From the IMG/VR virus record IMGVR_UViG_3300001598_001658, positions 81,492 through 145,491 of that record: DNA of 64,000 bases. The stretch is one strand, 5' to 3'. Below, piece after piece: positions 47,383 through 56,824 of the stretch. Position numbers and translations under genes: made by a program. The first letter of the stretch is position 1. Each line of letters starts with the position of its first letter. Under the pieces are notes generated by a model that did not search any database, was not told the origin of the DNA, and saw only the letters and a list, made by a program, of their open reading frames with translations. This DNA is from a virus. Taxonomy: Duplodnaviria > Caudoviricetes.

Positions 47383-48279
47383 TTATCCAAAGATATTGAA
47401 ATCTTCTTCACCTTCATCGAGATCATCATCTTCTTCACCCACTTCTTCTTCAGTAGGTTCATCAGATGTTTCTTCGTTTGCGGCCACAGCCTGATCAACA
47501 GGATCATCAGAAACTTCATCTGTTTCATCATCTGTTTCATCATCTGTTTCATCATCTGTTGTTGTTACTTCTTCAGTTTCACCATCAACAGTAACTTCAA
47601 CATTTACTTCTAGTTCATCGTCTTCAAGACCATAGAAACCAAAATCAAAATCTTCCTGAGAAATTTCTTCAGATTCAGAAGTTGGTTCTTCAGAATCATC
47701 AGATCCATCATCGACATTTACGTTAACATTGATATCAACACCGATATCGTTGTCATCTGTTTCTTCAGGTTCATCTTCGGCTTCTTCAGCAGGTTCTTCA
47801 CCAACTTCATTTTCAGCAGGAACTTCATCGTCAGAAACATCGGCAGCCTGATCAACAGGATCTTCTTCATCTTCGAATCCAAAAATATCATATGATTCTT
47901 CACCGGCAACGTCATCTGTATCATCTACAGTTTCATCTGTATCGCCAGTTTCGATATCATCTGATACATTTACAACAGGAGCTTCATCGCCATCAGGTTC
48001 ATCTTCAACAACTTCTTCATCAGCTGGTTCGTCTGTAACGATTTCTTCGTCATCTTCAAAACCCATATCGGCATTGAAGAAATGATCGAAGTCTTCAACT
48101 GATACAACATCTGAATTATCTACTGAGCCAGGAACTCCATCTTCTGGAACATCAGTTTCAGAAATAACAGCTTCGATCTCTCCGTCTTCATCTACATTCT
48201 GATCAACGAGATCTGTCTGATCTTCGAAAATTTCATCATCTTCGAGACCAGTAAAAAAGTTTTTATTCTTTGTTGCCAT
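47383..48279 (-). CDS. Extremely acidic repeat protein (putative prohead scaffold/core)
   Basis: 298 aa dominated by D/E; periodic [GS]-x-E-(D/S) motifs flanked by aromatic residues; DPVDQA occurs twice. Confidence 0.6.
   Translation of the reverse strand: MATKNKNFFTGLEDDEIFEDQTDLVDQNVDEDGEIEAVISETDVPEDGVPGSVDNSDVVSVEDFDHFFNADMGFEDDEEIVTDEPADEEVVEDEPDGDEAPVVNVSDDIETGDTDETVDDTDDVAGEESYDIFGFEDEEDPVDQAADVSDDEVPAENEVGEEPAEEAEDEPEETDDNDIGVDINVNVNVDDGSDDSEEPTSESEEISQEDFDFGFYGLEDDELEVNVEVTVDGETEEVTTTDDETDDETDDETDEVSDDPVDQAVAANEETSDEPTEEEVGEEDDDLDEGEEDFNIFG
47516..47560. repeat. 12-bp tandem repeat (TCATCTGTTTCA) encoding (ETDD)n
   Basis: About 3.7 copies, visible directly in the sequence. Confidence 0.85.
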
Positions 48280-48305
48280 TTTCGTATCCTCAAAAATAGT
48301 ATTTT

Positions 48306-49811
48306 TTATTTATTACTTTCGACTCGACGAGCAGAAATAGGATCTGATAAAATATTATCTCCAGTTTTATTAGAAACAATATCATCGGCTAATGATTTAG
48401 CTATAAATCCAAGTATAGGTAATAAATAAAATGTTTGATAAGTAGGAAGAATATCATAATGACAATTTAAATCATCCATCTTATCATAAATGGCATTGAT
48501 TAACTTAGATAGATTTTTAGTCTTATTATTTATAAATAATGCAATTGTATAGACAATAAGATCTTTTGTTGAACTTGTATCTATCTGAGTCACCGGCATG
48601 TCCTCCGATACCTGTTCTGCAATGATATCACACATTCCACTAGGATACAAATTTAAAATTGAATCATTTTGTGTTGAAACGTGTATAAGATTCATTTTAC
48701 CATATAAAACTGGTTGAGCGTCAGGATTTGAAATATTTAATTCCATAGGCATCTGAAACTTATTTCGTAACGATTTCCTATTCTTTCTTTCCAATGCACT
48801 AAAGATCGTTCCGTTATAAATTCTTGCATTTTCTTGGGTAGTATACTGTGTAGGAACAGTTGGAAAATATTCTATTGAATAGAAGATTCTGTTCTTTAAA
48901 ATAAAATCTATTAACTGACCATCATACATTTGCTTTAAGCGATATGCACGTTTATATTCAATCTTAGACATTTCTAAGTTATAGACGCCTTTAGATCGAT
49001 ATTCTTCTACTCCCATATTATCCTCATAAGTGAAGATGTATGTTTCAAGTTGTTTATCCCAGAAATCTCGCTTGTATATTTTTCCAATACACGAATAGAG
49101 CTCTTTAAGCTCAGTTAATGTATCATACTCTTCTTCTCTAAATACCGTACGCATTGAGGTACCTAGATAAGTTTCGTCAAAAATATAATCTTCTACTACC
49201 TGCTTTCGTAATTCGGAACTATCGTAATTAAAGTCGTTGTCTTCACATATAAAGGTACATTCATATGCACTCTCAGAATCTCCCGATAATGGAGTAACGT
49301 CTGTAATTTTATATAATCGAACTCGATCGAGGTATTTCATTGTAAATCTGTCGTTTGGATTAGGCAAAACTGTGTTTGGTAATATAACTAATTTACTTTC
49401 TGATTCCGCTGATTTTGGACCATTGCCCTCTGTAGAATCAAAATTCATTTCGATATTGTCCATTTTAACGGCCAAATCTTCAATTCGTAAGAATCTACCT
49501 AAATTTGGATCACTAGTATTAAAACCAGCCATATTTACTAAAGCATTGTTTTCGCCACATGGAACTTGTTGATAATAAGTAATTTCAGTTCTTGCACCAC
49601 TGAGCTTATTCAAGTTCGATGTTTTCTCTTGATATCGACCATCGATGATACCAGAAAGTGTAGATGATTCATCTGTAATATGCGATTTGTCGATGCTCTG
49701 TACACCGGTTGTTTCTGTATTTGTATTGTTTGTACTTGATGTGTAAGAAGACGTCAAGTCGCTTTTTCGTTTAGCCACTTCATGGTACCTCCTCTCAATA
49801 TGGTAACTCAA
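48306..49811 (-). CDS. Virion structural protein (neck/head-closure-like)
   Basis: 501 aa; TTG start with AGGGG RBS; 'ILPNTVLPNPNDRFTM...YKITDV' beta-barrel pattern; AACA-N6-TA at 49882-49893. Confidence 0.5.
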   Translation of the reverse strand: MSYHIERRYHEVAKRKSDLTSSYTSSTNNTNTETTGVQSIDKSHITDESSTLSGIIDGRYQEKTSNLNKLSGARTEITYYQQVPCGENNALVNMAGFNTSDPNLGRFLRIEDLAVKMDNIEMNFDSTEGNGPKSAESESKLVILPNTVLPNPNDRFTMKYLDRVRLYKITDVTPLSGDSESAYECTFICEDNDFNYDSSELRKQVVEDYIFDETYLGTSMRTVFREEEYDTLTELKELYSCIGKIYKRDFWDKQLETYIFTYEDNMGVEEYRSKGVYNLEMSKIEYKRAYRLKQMYDGQLIDFILKNRIFYSIEYFPTVPTQYTTQENARIYNGTIFSALERKNRKSLRNKFQMPMELNISNPDAQPVLYGKMNLIHVSTQNDSILNLYPSGMCDIIAEQVSEDMPVTQIDTSSTKDLIVYTIALFINNKTKNLSKLINAIYDKMDDLNCHYDILPTYQTFYLLPILGFIAKSLADDIVSNKTGDNILSDPISARRVESNK

Positions 49812-49936
49812 AGAAAATTTCCCCTAGCATTATATAGTAGAAAATTCATAATAAGAGTATAATATTAATTATCTATAATAATAATTATATGTTTTATGAT
49901 AAAAAAATATATTTGTGAAATTTATTATAAAATAAC

Positions 49937-49959
49937 GAGAGACTCAAAAAGAGTCTCTC
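49937..49959 (-). terminator. Terminator
   Basis: GAGAGACTC-aaaaa-GAGTCTCTC. Confidence 0.75.
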
Positions 49960-49971
49960 ATCATTATTGTC

Positions 49972-50427
49972 TTATTTTATTTGACCTACATCTTCATTCT
50001 TACTCATTTCATTAATTAAACATTCTTTAATGTCACTAATGTCAGGAGTATAAATATAATCTTTTAATTTAGTAAATGATTCAACATTTATCTTTTTATT
50101 TACAAGAAGAATCAACCACCAATATTCCCTATTACCTAATAATGTATGAGCAGCTAAATATGGATTCATATCAAAATCATTTTTCTGTTCAATTGTAATT
50201 GAAGTTTTATGTCTATTATTAATTATTCTAGTTAAATATTTTTCTTGCAATATATTTCTAAAATAAATTAAGTTCTTTTCACTTTTATCCATAAATTGAA
50301 CATCATCATTTACATATTTTTCTCTATATGAACAATTTTCAAAATTCAAAGTATTATCAAACATATTTCTAACATTATTAATAAAATTGGTTGTTTCAGT
50401 CATTTGTTTTTCTATATAAGAACCCAT
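49972..50427 (-). CDS. Baseplate wedge protein (T4 gp53/LysM-like)
   Basis: 'PYLAAHTLLGNREYWWLILLVN' fits the gp53-like P..(S/A)...YG....WW.I...N pattern; follows the spike gene. Confidence 0.7.
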   Translation of the reverse strand: MGSYIEKQMTETTNFINNVRNMFDNTLNFENCSYREKYVNDDVQFMDKSEKNLIYFRNILQEKYLTRIINNRHKTSITIEQKNDFDMNPYLAAHTLLGNREYWWLILLVNKKINVESFTKLKDYIYTPDISDIKECLINEMSKNEDVGQIK

Positions 50428-50439
50428 AATACTACACTC

Positions 50440-51810
50440 CTATACTTTAAAATTGTTTACTTTTATTTTAGGACATTTACTCATACCTTTCATCTGAACA
50501 GTCATTTCAAGATTAGCCATTGGTTTGCTAACAGCTGGAGAAGCTGGATTCATAGCGAGAGGTTTATATTCACCAGGATGCATATGATACTTGGCAATAC
50601 CAAGAGCTTTATCTGCTTGTTTAGCGCATTCCTTAATCATTTCGATAGTAGGTTCAGCATATGCTAAAGGTTTTCCACCTTTTCCTTTCATATCAGTTTG
50701 TGTTGAACTGCCCGACGATTTAGATTGTGGTGAACTAGAACTAGGTTTTTGTTGACTAGGTTTAGATGATGAACTAGGGGATGAACCATCTAAACATCCG
50801 CCAGAATATACTGATGGAGTTTTTCCAGGGGCTGGTATTTTTGTAACATAAAACCCTGCAAAAACACTCATACCAGTATTTATAGTAGCAGGGGCATCTA
50901 AAAATAATCCAGAACTTATAATTTGCCACAATGAACCAGATAATTCGGCCATATCATATTTTAATTTAGCATTAGGAGTTTTTTGTTCATATGAAGATTT
51001 ATTTTCAACAAACATGTTATCTATCAATACATCACCCTGATCGCTTTTTAATCTAAACTTCGATGTTTCAATATCAATTGATGTTTCGGCTTTAATACTA
51101 AGAGTATCGCATTCAAGCCGAGCCGCTTTTTCTTTCATTTCAAATATTAATCCAGCATCAGTCTGAAATAATATTTTATCTTCATCATGATTCCATTCAA
51201 ACAAACGATTTTCACTATCGTCTTTAAATGTAACAATTCCATCTGCAGTATTTATATTAAATGTAAATGGACAATTTTCTCCATTTTTATTAGATGTATA
51301 TAATCTTACAAATTTATCTCTAGAATTTAATTCTATAAAATATGAATTTTCATCAACAATAGGATCATCTTCATTTTCTTTTGACGGTACAAAAGTTCGA
51401 ATAATATCTTCTTTACGTTTTATAACATCATGTACTTGGAATGGATAATAAATTGGTGATTTAATATCATTATCAACGAATTTAATAAAGACGCGTTCGC
51501 CAACCACATATCTAGGTGGATTAATTCCTGGCACTAAAAACGGTGGAACTTCAATATAATTTTTAAGTTTTATTGAAGTTGAACCAATATTTTTATTAAC
51601 AGAATTCAAAACTTTTTTACCTTTTATAGTAGCATTTTCTTCTATAATTTTTCCTTCATCAATTGCAATACCTTGCATAAATCTAGGAATATATACTTTA
51701 ATGGTATTCTTTCCAGTTTCATCTCGATCACCGATTACAATACCAGCAGCATCATTTGTTGGATCTAATGATAATTGTGTTTCGAGTGTTCTATTATTTA
51801 CTATTTTCAT
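50440..51810 (-). CDS. Baseplate central spike (gp5/gpV-like)
   Basis: N-terminal OB-fold-like 'IKVYIP...VGERVFIKF', beta-repeat region, and a C-terminal HxH ('HMHP') metal-binding tip motif. Confidence 0.7.
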   Translation of the reverse strand: MKIVNNRTLETQLSLDPTNDAAGIVIGDRDETGKNTIKVYIPRFMQGIAIDEGKIIEENATIKGKKVLNSVNKNIGSTSIKLKNYIEVPPFLVPGINPPRYVVGERVFIKFVDNDIKSPIYYPFQVHDVIKRKEDIIRTFVPSKENEDDPIVDENSYFIELNSRDKFVRLYTSNKNGENCPFTFNINTADGIVTFKDDSENRLFEWNHDEDKILFQTDAGLIFEMKEKAARLECDTLSIKAETSIDIETSKFRLKSDQGDVLIDNMFVENKSSYEQKTPNAKLKYDMAELSGSLWQIISSGLFLDAPATINTGMSVFAGFYVTKIPAPGKTPSVYSGGCLDGSSPSSSSKPSQQKPSSSSPQSKSSGSSTQTDMKGKGGKPLAYAEPTIEMIKECAKQADKALGIAKYHMHPGEYKPLAMNPASPAVSKPMANLEMTVQMKGMSKCPKIKVNNFKV

Positions 51811-51835
51811 ATCACTAAATCTCCTTAAAAAATAA

Positions 51836-51861
51836 GGGTCCCTCTAATCGAAGAGGGACCC
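51836..51861 (-). terminator. Terminator of the 6S-like RNA
   Basis: GGGTCCCTCT-tcgatt-AGAGGGACCC-TTATTTTT on the minus strand. Confidence 0.8.
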
Positions 51862-51864
51862 ATT

Positions 51865-52058
51865 TAATTAATTCATTAGTTGATCGTTTTTAATTAGATA
51901 TATGACTTTCTTAAATGCTTCTATTCACTGTATAATTCCTTCACGCGGATATACGTTTTGACATCCATTTGCAATTTGCCGACTCTTTCTCTCAACAGCT
52001 ATAAACATTTAGACTCATTTTATTCTTTAGCGTTTGGTTTCTCATATGAATTAATTAT
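51865..52058 (-). ncRNA. ~195-nt rod-shaped RNA with a central bubble (6S-like)
   Basis: TACA-N6-TA promoter (52058-52069) places +1 at the start of a 12-bp closing stem TAATTAATTCAT/ATGAATTAATTA; ~25-nt bubble; inner stems; own terminator; no RBS-led ORF. Confidence 0.65.
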
Positions 52059-52133
52059 ATTAATATGTAGTCATAGTTTTAAATTATATATTATTTATAG
52101 ATTAACTAATAAATATATAAAAGGAGTTTAAAT

Positions 52134-53132
52134 ATGACAGTAAAAGATAAGTTAATTAAGGAACTATTAAAATTACCAGAAGCCAAATATCAAAGTGGTA
52201 ATACAGAAATAGTTACTCTTTGTCCTTTTTGTAAAGATCGACATAAAACACCTAAATTTTATATTGAAATAGATAATGATGAATGTATGAGAGTTCATTG
52301 TTTTCATGGCGATTGTCAAAATCCAACAGGATTAATGACACCAGAAGTATTACATCAACTCGGAATTATAAATAATGATTTTGACAATTATGTATCCTCG
52401 TTAAATAAAAAAGGTGTTTCTAAAATAAAAAATACGGCAGATATTACAAATGATTTCATAATTCCAACGAGACCAAAAGAAAGTGATATGAAAAAGATTT
52501 CTTATTCTTCAAATAGAACAGGGATAGATTTTTCAAAAGCTGAAAATATCAAAAATTATAAAATGATATATAACTTAAGAGATTTTGTTACTATCAATAA
52601 AATAAATTTAGGTATCTCTGATGCAACACTTGAGGATTTAACAAATCATTGGATCGGCTTTTTAAGCTATAATAATAATATTATTAATATGCGAAACGTC
52701 GATAGTAAAAGAACCGATAAACGATATGTAAATATTAAAATAAATGAAAGTAATTATTCGTTCTTATATCTTCCCGCACAAGAAGTTGATTTAATGGCTC
52801 GTGCTCCAAAAATCGTAATCGCGGAAGGTGCCTATGATATTATGTGTATAAAAAACAGATTCTTCCCTAAAGATGCATATAATATTATTTTCGGAGCTGT
52901 AGGTAGTGCAGCATCATATAATAGAGGTCTCATGAAAATGATTCAACTTTCTTGTTTCTTTGATGCAGACATCATTATATATGGTGATCAAGATATACCT
53001 TTAGATTTTTATTATAAGAAATTTGCAAAAATTTTGAAGAATAATAAAATCACAGTTTATCGAAATAAAAAGAATAAAGATTTCGGAAATATCAATGAAG
53101 AGGTTTCTCTTGACATTAAACATTTAAATTAA
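52134..53132 (+). CDS. DNA primase (Zn finger + Toprim)
   Basis: 'CPFC...HCFHGDC' zinc-binding domain; Toprim 'IAEGAYD' and 'GDQD'; TATATTAT at 52087-52094. Confidence 0.85.
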   Translation: MTVKDKLIKELLKLPEAKYQSGNTEIVTLCPFCKDRHKTPKFYIEIDNDECMRVHCFHGDCQNPTGLMTPEVLHQLGIINNDFDNYVSSLNKKGVSKIKNTADITNDFIIPTRPKESDMKKISYSSNRTGIDFSKAENIKNYKMIYNLRDFVTINKINLGISDATLEDLTNHWIGFLSYNNNIINMRNVDSKRTDKRYVNIKINESNYSFLYLPAQEVDLMARAPKIVIAEGAYDIMCIKNRFFPKDAYNIIFGAVGSAASYNRGLMKMIQLSCFFDADIIIYGDQDIPLDFYYKKFAKILKNNKITVYRNKKNKDFGNINEEVSLDIKHLN

Positions 53133-53146
53133 GGAGGTTATTATAA

Positions 53147-53389
53147 ATGCTTAATGATGATGATATTAAAAAATTATCTGCTATTTTTGTTTCATGTAAA
53201 TATTGTTTTTATGGTAAATATAAAAACGTTGATCCTAGCGTTTATAAATCAAAATGTATAAAATGCTTGATGGTTGACAATAATAAAATGAAAATAGCAG
53301 ATGCATTAAAAACTAGTTTTGAGCCATCCGAAGAATACGAAAAAGCTGTAAAAACTTTAATCAAAGAAAAAGAAGAAAAAAACAAATAA
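53147..53389 (+). CDS. Small Zn-binding hypothetical protein
   Basis: Two CxxC pairs; AAGGAGG RBS. Confidence 0.75.
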   Translation: MLNDDDIKKLSAIFVSCKYCFYGKYKNVDPSVYKSKCIKCLMVDNNKMKIADALKTSFEPSEEYEKAVKTLIKEKEEKNK

Positions 53390-53390
53390 A

Positions 53391-53420
53391 TAATATACTC
53401 CTCATATGAGGAGTATATTA
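53391..53420. terminator. Perfect palindromic bidirectional terminator
   Basis: TAATATACTCCTCATATGAGGAGTATATTA. Confidence 0.85.
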
Positions 53421-53429
53421 TTTATTTTT

Positions 53430-54116
53430 TTAATCAACCGGTAAAATCTTTTCAGTCGGATATCCACGTTTAAATCCTTCATAATGAAGAAGCCATTTCG
53501 ATCTTAATTTTTCTACATCATATTTAAAACGAAGATAGAAATCAGGATCATCCTTGAAGCATTTTGGATCATCAAAACCTTCTGAAATTTCAAAAGCAGA
53601 AACTACAGCCGATGTAGCCTGTAATGATTTAGAATATTTATTGATGATATATGCAACAAGTTTCTGTAATGATTCGTAGACATTTGAATCAAGTTTTCCA
53701 TCTGAACAATAAGGAATCAGAATAGAAATTGTACAATTGTCGACAGATGCTTCTCCGTGAGGAGTTTCAGGTGTTTCTTCAAAAATTGGACAAGTTGAAT
53801 CTCCAAAGAATGTATTTGCAAAAGAAGTATATTTTTTACTTCTTGCGTGTGCAACACATTCTGTAATTTCATTGATCTGACCAATATCACCATTTTCATC
53901 AATAATAAAATGATATGGGTTGATTTTTTTAGCAACCATTTCATCAACAATTTCAGTTACATCTTTATTCTCAGAACACTGATGAATAACAATACCTCTG
54001 ATATTTGTCAATGGAAATGTTACGCCTTTTGCAGATTTATACTTTGTTAATAAGTTTGAATACTTAGCAATCAAAGAATAAATTTTGATTTCTTCATTTT
54101 CCTTTTTTTCTTCCAT
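53430..54116 (-). CDS. N-acetylmuramoyl-L-alanine amidase (Amidase_2 fold), endolysin candidate
   Basis: 'GIVIHQ', 'YHFIIDENGDIGQI', 'VAHA', 'DP'; the second Zn-binding His is not evident. Confidence 0.7.
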   Translation of the reverse strand: MEEKKENEEIKIYSLIAKYSNLLTKYKSAKGVTFPLTNIRGIVIHQCSENKDVTEIVDEMVAKKINPYHFIIDENGDIGQINEITECVAHARSKKYTSFANTFFGDSTCPIFEETPETPHGEASVDNCTISILIPYCSDGKLDSNVYESLQKLVAYIINKYSKSLQATSAVVSAFEISEGFDDPKCFKDDPDFYLRFKYDVEKLRSKWLLHYEGFKRGYPTEKILPVD

Positions 54117-54130
54117 ATAGATAATTCTCC

Positions 54131-54961
54131 TTAGCTATTTAATTTAATTGTCATCTTTTCAATTACTTTTTTCATTATGATGTCAATCAAATCTTTTTTA
54201 GCCATATCAATTTTCTGAACTTGCTTATTCAGTATATCTATACGTTCATTTACGACTAATTTTTCACACACATCTCTATATTCATCAATAAAACCAGCCA
54301 AAGCAGATTCGCGTTCTTCGGTAGTAGCGTATGAAGCTCGATACCACGTCATAAATCTATTTTTTACTTCGGAGATTTTTTCTATTTTTTCAGCATTTAA
54401 TCTTGAATGTTCTTCTATCGAGATATCTCTAACTTTGATATAAAGTTTTTCAAGCTTATTCATTAGAGCTTCTTTAGATTCGTCTATAATTTCATAGATA
54501 TCAGTTATATCTATTATATCATAAGACATATATTCGTGATTAAACATTTCTTTTAATTCTGCTATATATAGATTTTTCTTTTCATCTACATACATCATAT
54601 ATTCATCTTTAGTCTTTTTATCTAATCCGTTTATGGAACAGTATTGTTTCATTTCTTCACGAATTCTACCAGCATGTGATTGTACAATAAGACTTATTAT
54701 ACGATAATCTTGTGAAGCTATAATACTAGCATTACTACCACATAAATTATCATTTTTATTATCTTTTCCCTTTGTTTGTTCGCTATTATTTGTAGTAGCT
54801 TCTTCTTTCTTCTTATTTTTAATTTTAAACCATTTAGTATCTACACTGTCTGATTTTTTAAGTATAAATATAAATACGCCTAATATAATCAATAGAAGTA
54901 TAAGAACAAACAACTCTTCACCAATTCCAGGATTAGATAACCAATCAAAAAATTCTTTCAT
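54131..54961 (-). CDS. Single-TM membrane protein, holin candidate
   Basis: One N-terminal TM helix plus a large soluble domain; directly upstream of the amidase. Confidence 0.45.
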   Translation of the reverse strand: MKEFFDWLSNPGIGEELFVLILLLIILGVFIFILKKSDSVDTKWFKIKNKKKEEATTNNSEQTKGKDNKNDNLCGSNASIIASQDYRIISLIVQSHAGRIREEMKQYCSINGLDKKTKDEYMMYVDEKKNLYIAELKEMFNHEYMSYDIIDITDIYEIIDESKEALMNKLEKLYIKVRDISIEEHSRLNAEKIEKISEVKNRFMTWYRASYATTEERESALAGFIDEYRDVCEKLVVNERIDILNKQVQKIDMAKKDLIDIIMKKVIEKMTIKLNS

Positions 54962-54970
54962 TATCTACTC

Positions 54971-56746
54971 CTAATTAAGTTTATAACCACCATATTTGTT
55001 TATATATTTGTATATGTTTGTACTATCTCTATCAAGATAAATTTTAGAACCATTAGGTCCGAAGAACTCACCTACAAATCTAGCAACTTCATCATCAGAT
55101 ACATTTTTTCCTTCTCCGTTCATTTTATCTACGATACTGCTAATAATATAATTAATTTTTACATTTCCAAATTTATAATTTGTATTTTCAGATAATGTTT
55201 TTTCTCTCTTATAAAATTTTACATTCTTCATATATAATGAATATATGATATCCAGATCTTCTCTCGAATAAGACATAGATCCGAACTTCTTAAATGCAAT
55301 ATTAATAAATGGGAAAATTATATCATTAAACTCATTCATAGGAATATCTAATGTATTTATTTGCACAACATTATTTTTATATTCGTTGTCAGTAGTATTT
55401 GAATTTACACCATCTATTGTAGTTGTAATATTATTATTTTTATCAAAATTATAACTAACTTCGTGTATATTTCGTTTTTCATCATTTTGTTTAACTGAAG
55501 AAATCGTTGTTGCAATTTTATCTTTTGAGAATTCCTGAACAATTAAATTTTCTTTATATGTATTTTCACTAAAGGCATCTACATCTTGATCATCGCCAAA
55601 ATCATCAAGACTATTAAAAGACTTAGAATTTTCAATAATATTAAAAATATCATCGATGTTATCAAAACTTTCTTTATAAATATTATCTCCATTAGCAAAT
55701 GTAACTTCAGATTTAACATTCAAATTATCAACAGAATTTGTCTCAATTTGTTCGTTTGAATCCAATACATTTGAAATTTGTTTGTCTACATTAATTGGTT
55801 TAGAATATATTTTAACTTCGTTATCTGTACCATAATATGAAGGCGAATAAGTTTTCATATTAACTTTTACACATTCATCTTCGGAAATATTAACACCAGC
55901 ATCTATAATAATATCTGTATCTAATAGATTTACATTATTTTTCTTAGTGCTATCGAATGTAAAATGCGTTTTAACTACTTTATTCAATACTGTATTAAAA
56001 ATATTAAATGTTACACATAAATCATTATCATAATCTATCGTACAAGATTTTATTTTATTATATGATTCATTGAGAATAAACTGTTTATATATTATAGATT
56101 TTTTAGTATTTATAAAAAATAGAATAGATTTGTTTTCAGAATATTTTCCAAAAAATAATGGAATTTCTTCAGATTTAATTTTATATTTAGAATACATTTC
56201 AGAATTTTCTTCATCTATATATTTTTTAGTGTCCACTCTACATATACTATTCAAATCTATTACATTGTTTTTATTGAATTCTATTGAATAATTTCTATTT
56301 TCTAAAATAGAATAATAATTAATATTATTTTCATTAATAGAAAAAATTATTGTATTGTCTGTAGCGACATAAATTAAATTTTTTTCACACTTTTCAATAT
56401 CAATTATTTTTTCAGTTACTGAAAGATTTTTATTAATATTAAGCGAAACAATATAAATTTTATTCTTTATTTCCCCAACATCTATCAAATAAACAAAATA
56501 TAAAAATCCATTTAAAACAAATGTTTTAAATGTTTTTACATCACTAATTTCAATATTTGAAGTTAGTTCTATTTCATCTCCACTATCACTTCTGTAATTA
56601 TTAAAAATTCTTATTCTATTATTATCTAAACCAGCTACAAATCCATAATCTAGATTAACACATAAATTAGAAAATTTATTTTCAGAAGGAATATAAATGG
56701 GCTGCTTGGTTCTTTTGGCTTTATCATATATATAACCTTGTATCAT
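54971..56746 (-). CDS. Hypothetical late protein (Asn/Ile-rich, beta-rich N-terminus)
   Basis: GGAGG RBS at ATG 56746; AACA-N6-TA at 56778-56789. Confidence 0.75.
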   Translation of the reverse strand: MIQGYIYDKAKRTKQPIYIPSENKFSNLCVNLDYGFVAGLDNNRIRIFNNYRSDSGDEIELTSNIEISDVKTFKTFVLNGFLYFVYLIDVGEIKNKIYIVSLNINKNLSVTEKIIDIEKCEKNLIYVATDNTIIFSINENNINYYSILENRNYSIEFNKNNVIDLNSICRVDTKKYIDEENSEMYSKYKIKSEEIPLFFGKYSENKSILFFINTKKSIIYKQFILNESYNKIKSCTIDYDNDLCVTFNIFNTVLNKVVKTHFTFDSTKKNNVNLLDTDIIIDAGVNISEDECVKVNMKTYSPSYYGTDNEVKIYSKPINVDKQISNVLDSNEQIETNSVDNLNVKSEVTFANGDNIYKESFDNIDDIFNIIENSKSFNSLDDFGDDQDVDAFSENTYKENLIVQEFSKDKIATTISSVKQNDEKRNIHEVSYNFDKNNNITTTIDGVNSNTTDNEYKNNVVQINTLDIPMNEFNDIIFPFINIAFKKFGSMSYSREDLDIIYSLYMKNVKFYKREKTLSENTNYKFGNVKINYIISSIVDKMNGEGKNVSDDEVARFVGEFFGPNGSKIYLDRDSTNIYKYINKYGGYKLN

Positions 56747-56797
56747 ATTATAAACCTCCGTTAGTTCATATAACCTATATTTAATTGTTAAAATAAA

Positions 56798-56821
56798 ATG
56801 AGCAGGGAAAACCCTGCTCAT
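56798..56821 (-). terminator. Terminator
   Basis: ATGAGCAGGG-aaaa-CCCTGCTCAT. Confidence 0.8.
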
Positions 56822-56824
56822 CTT

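Noticed and set aside
47516-47560. CRISPR array
   Set aside because: The only tandem repeat is a 12-bp coding repeat with no spacers; no cas genes were seen.
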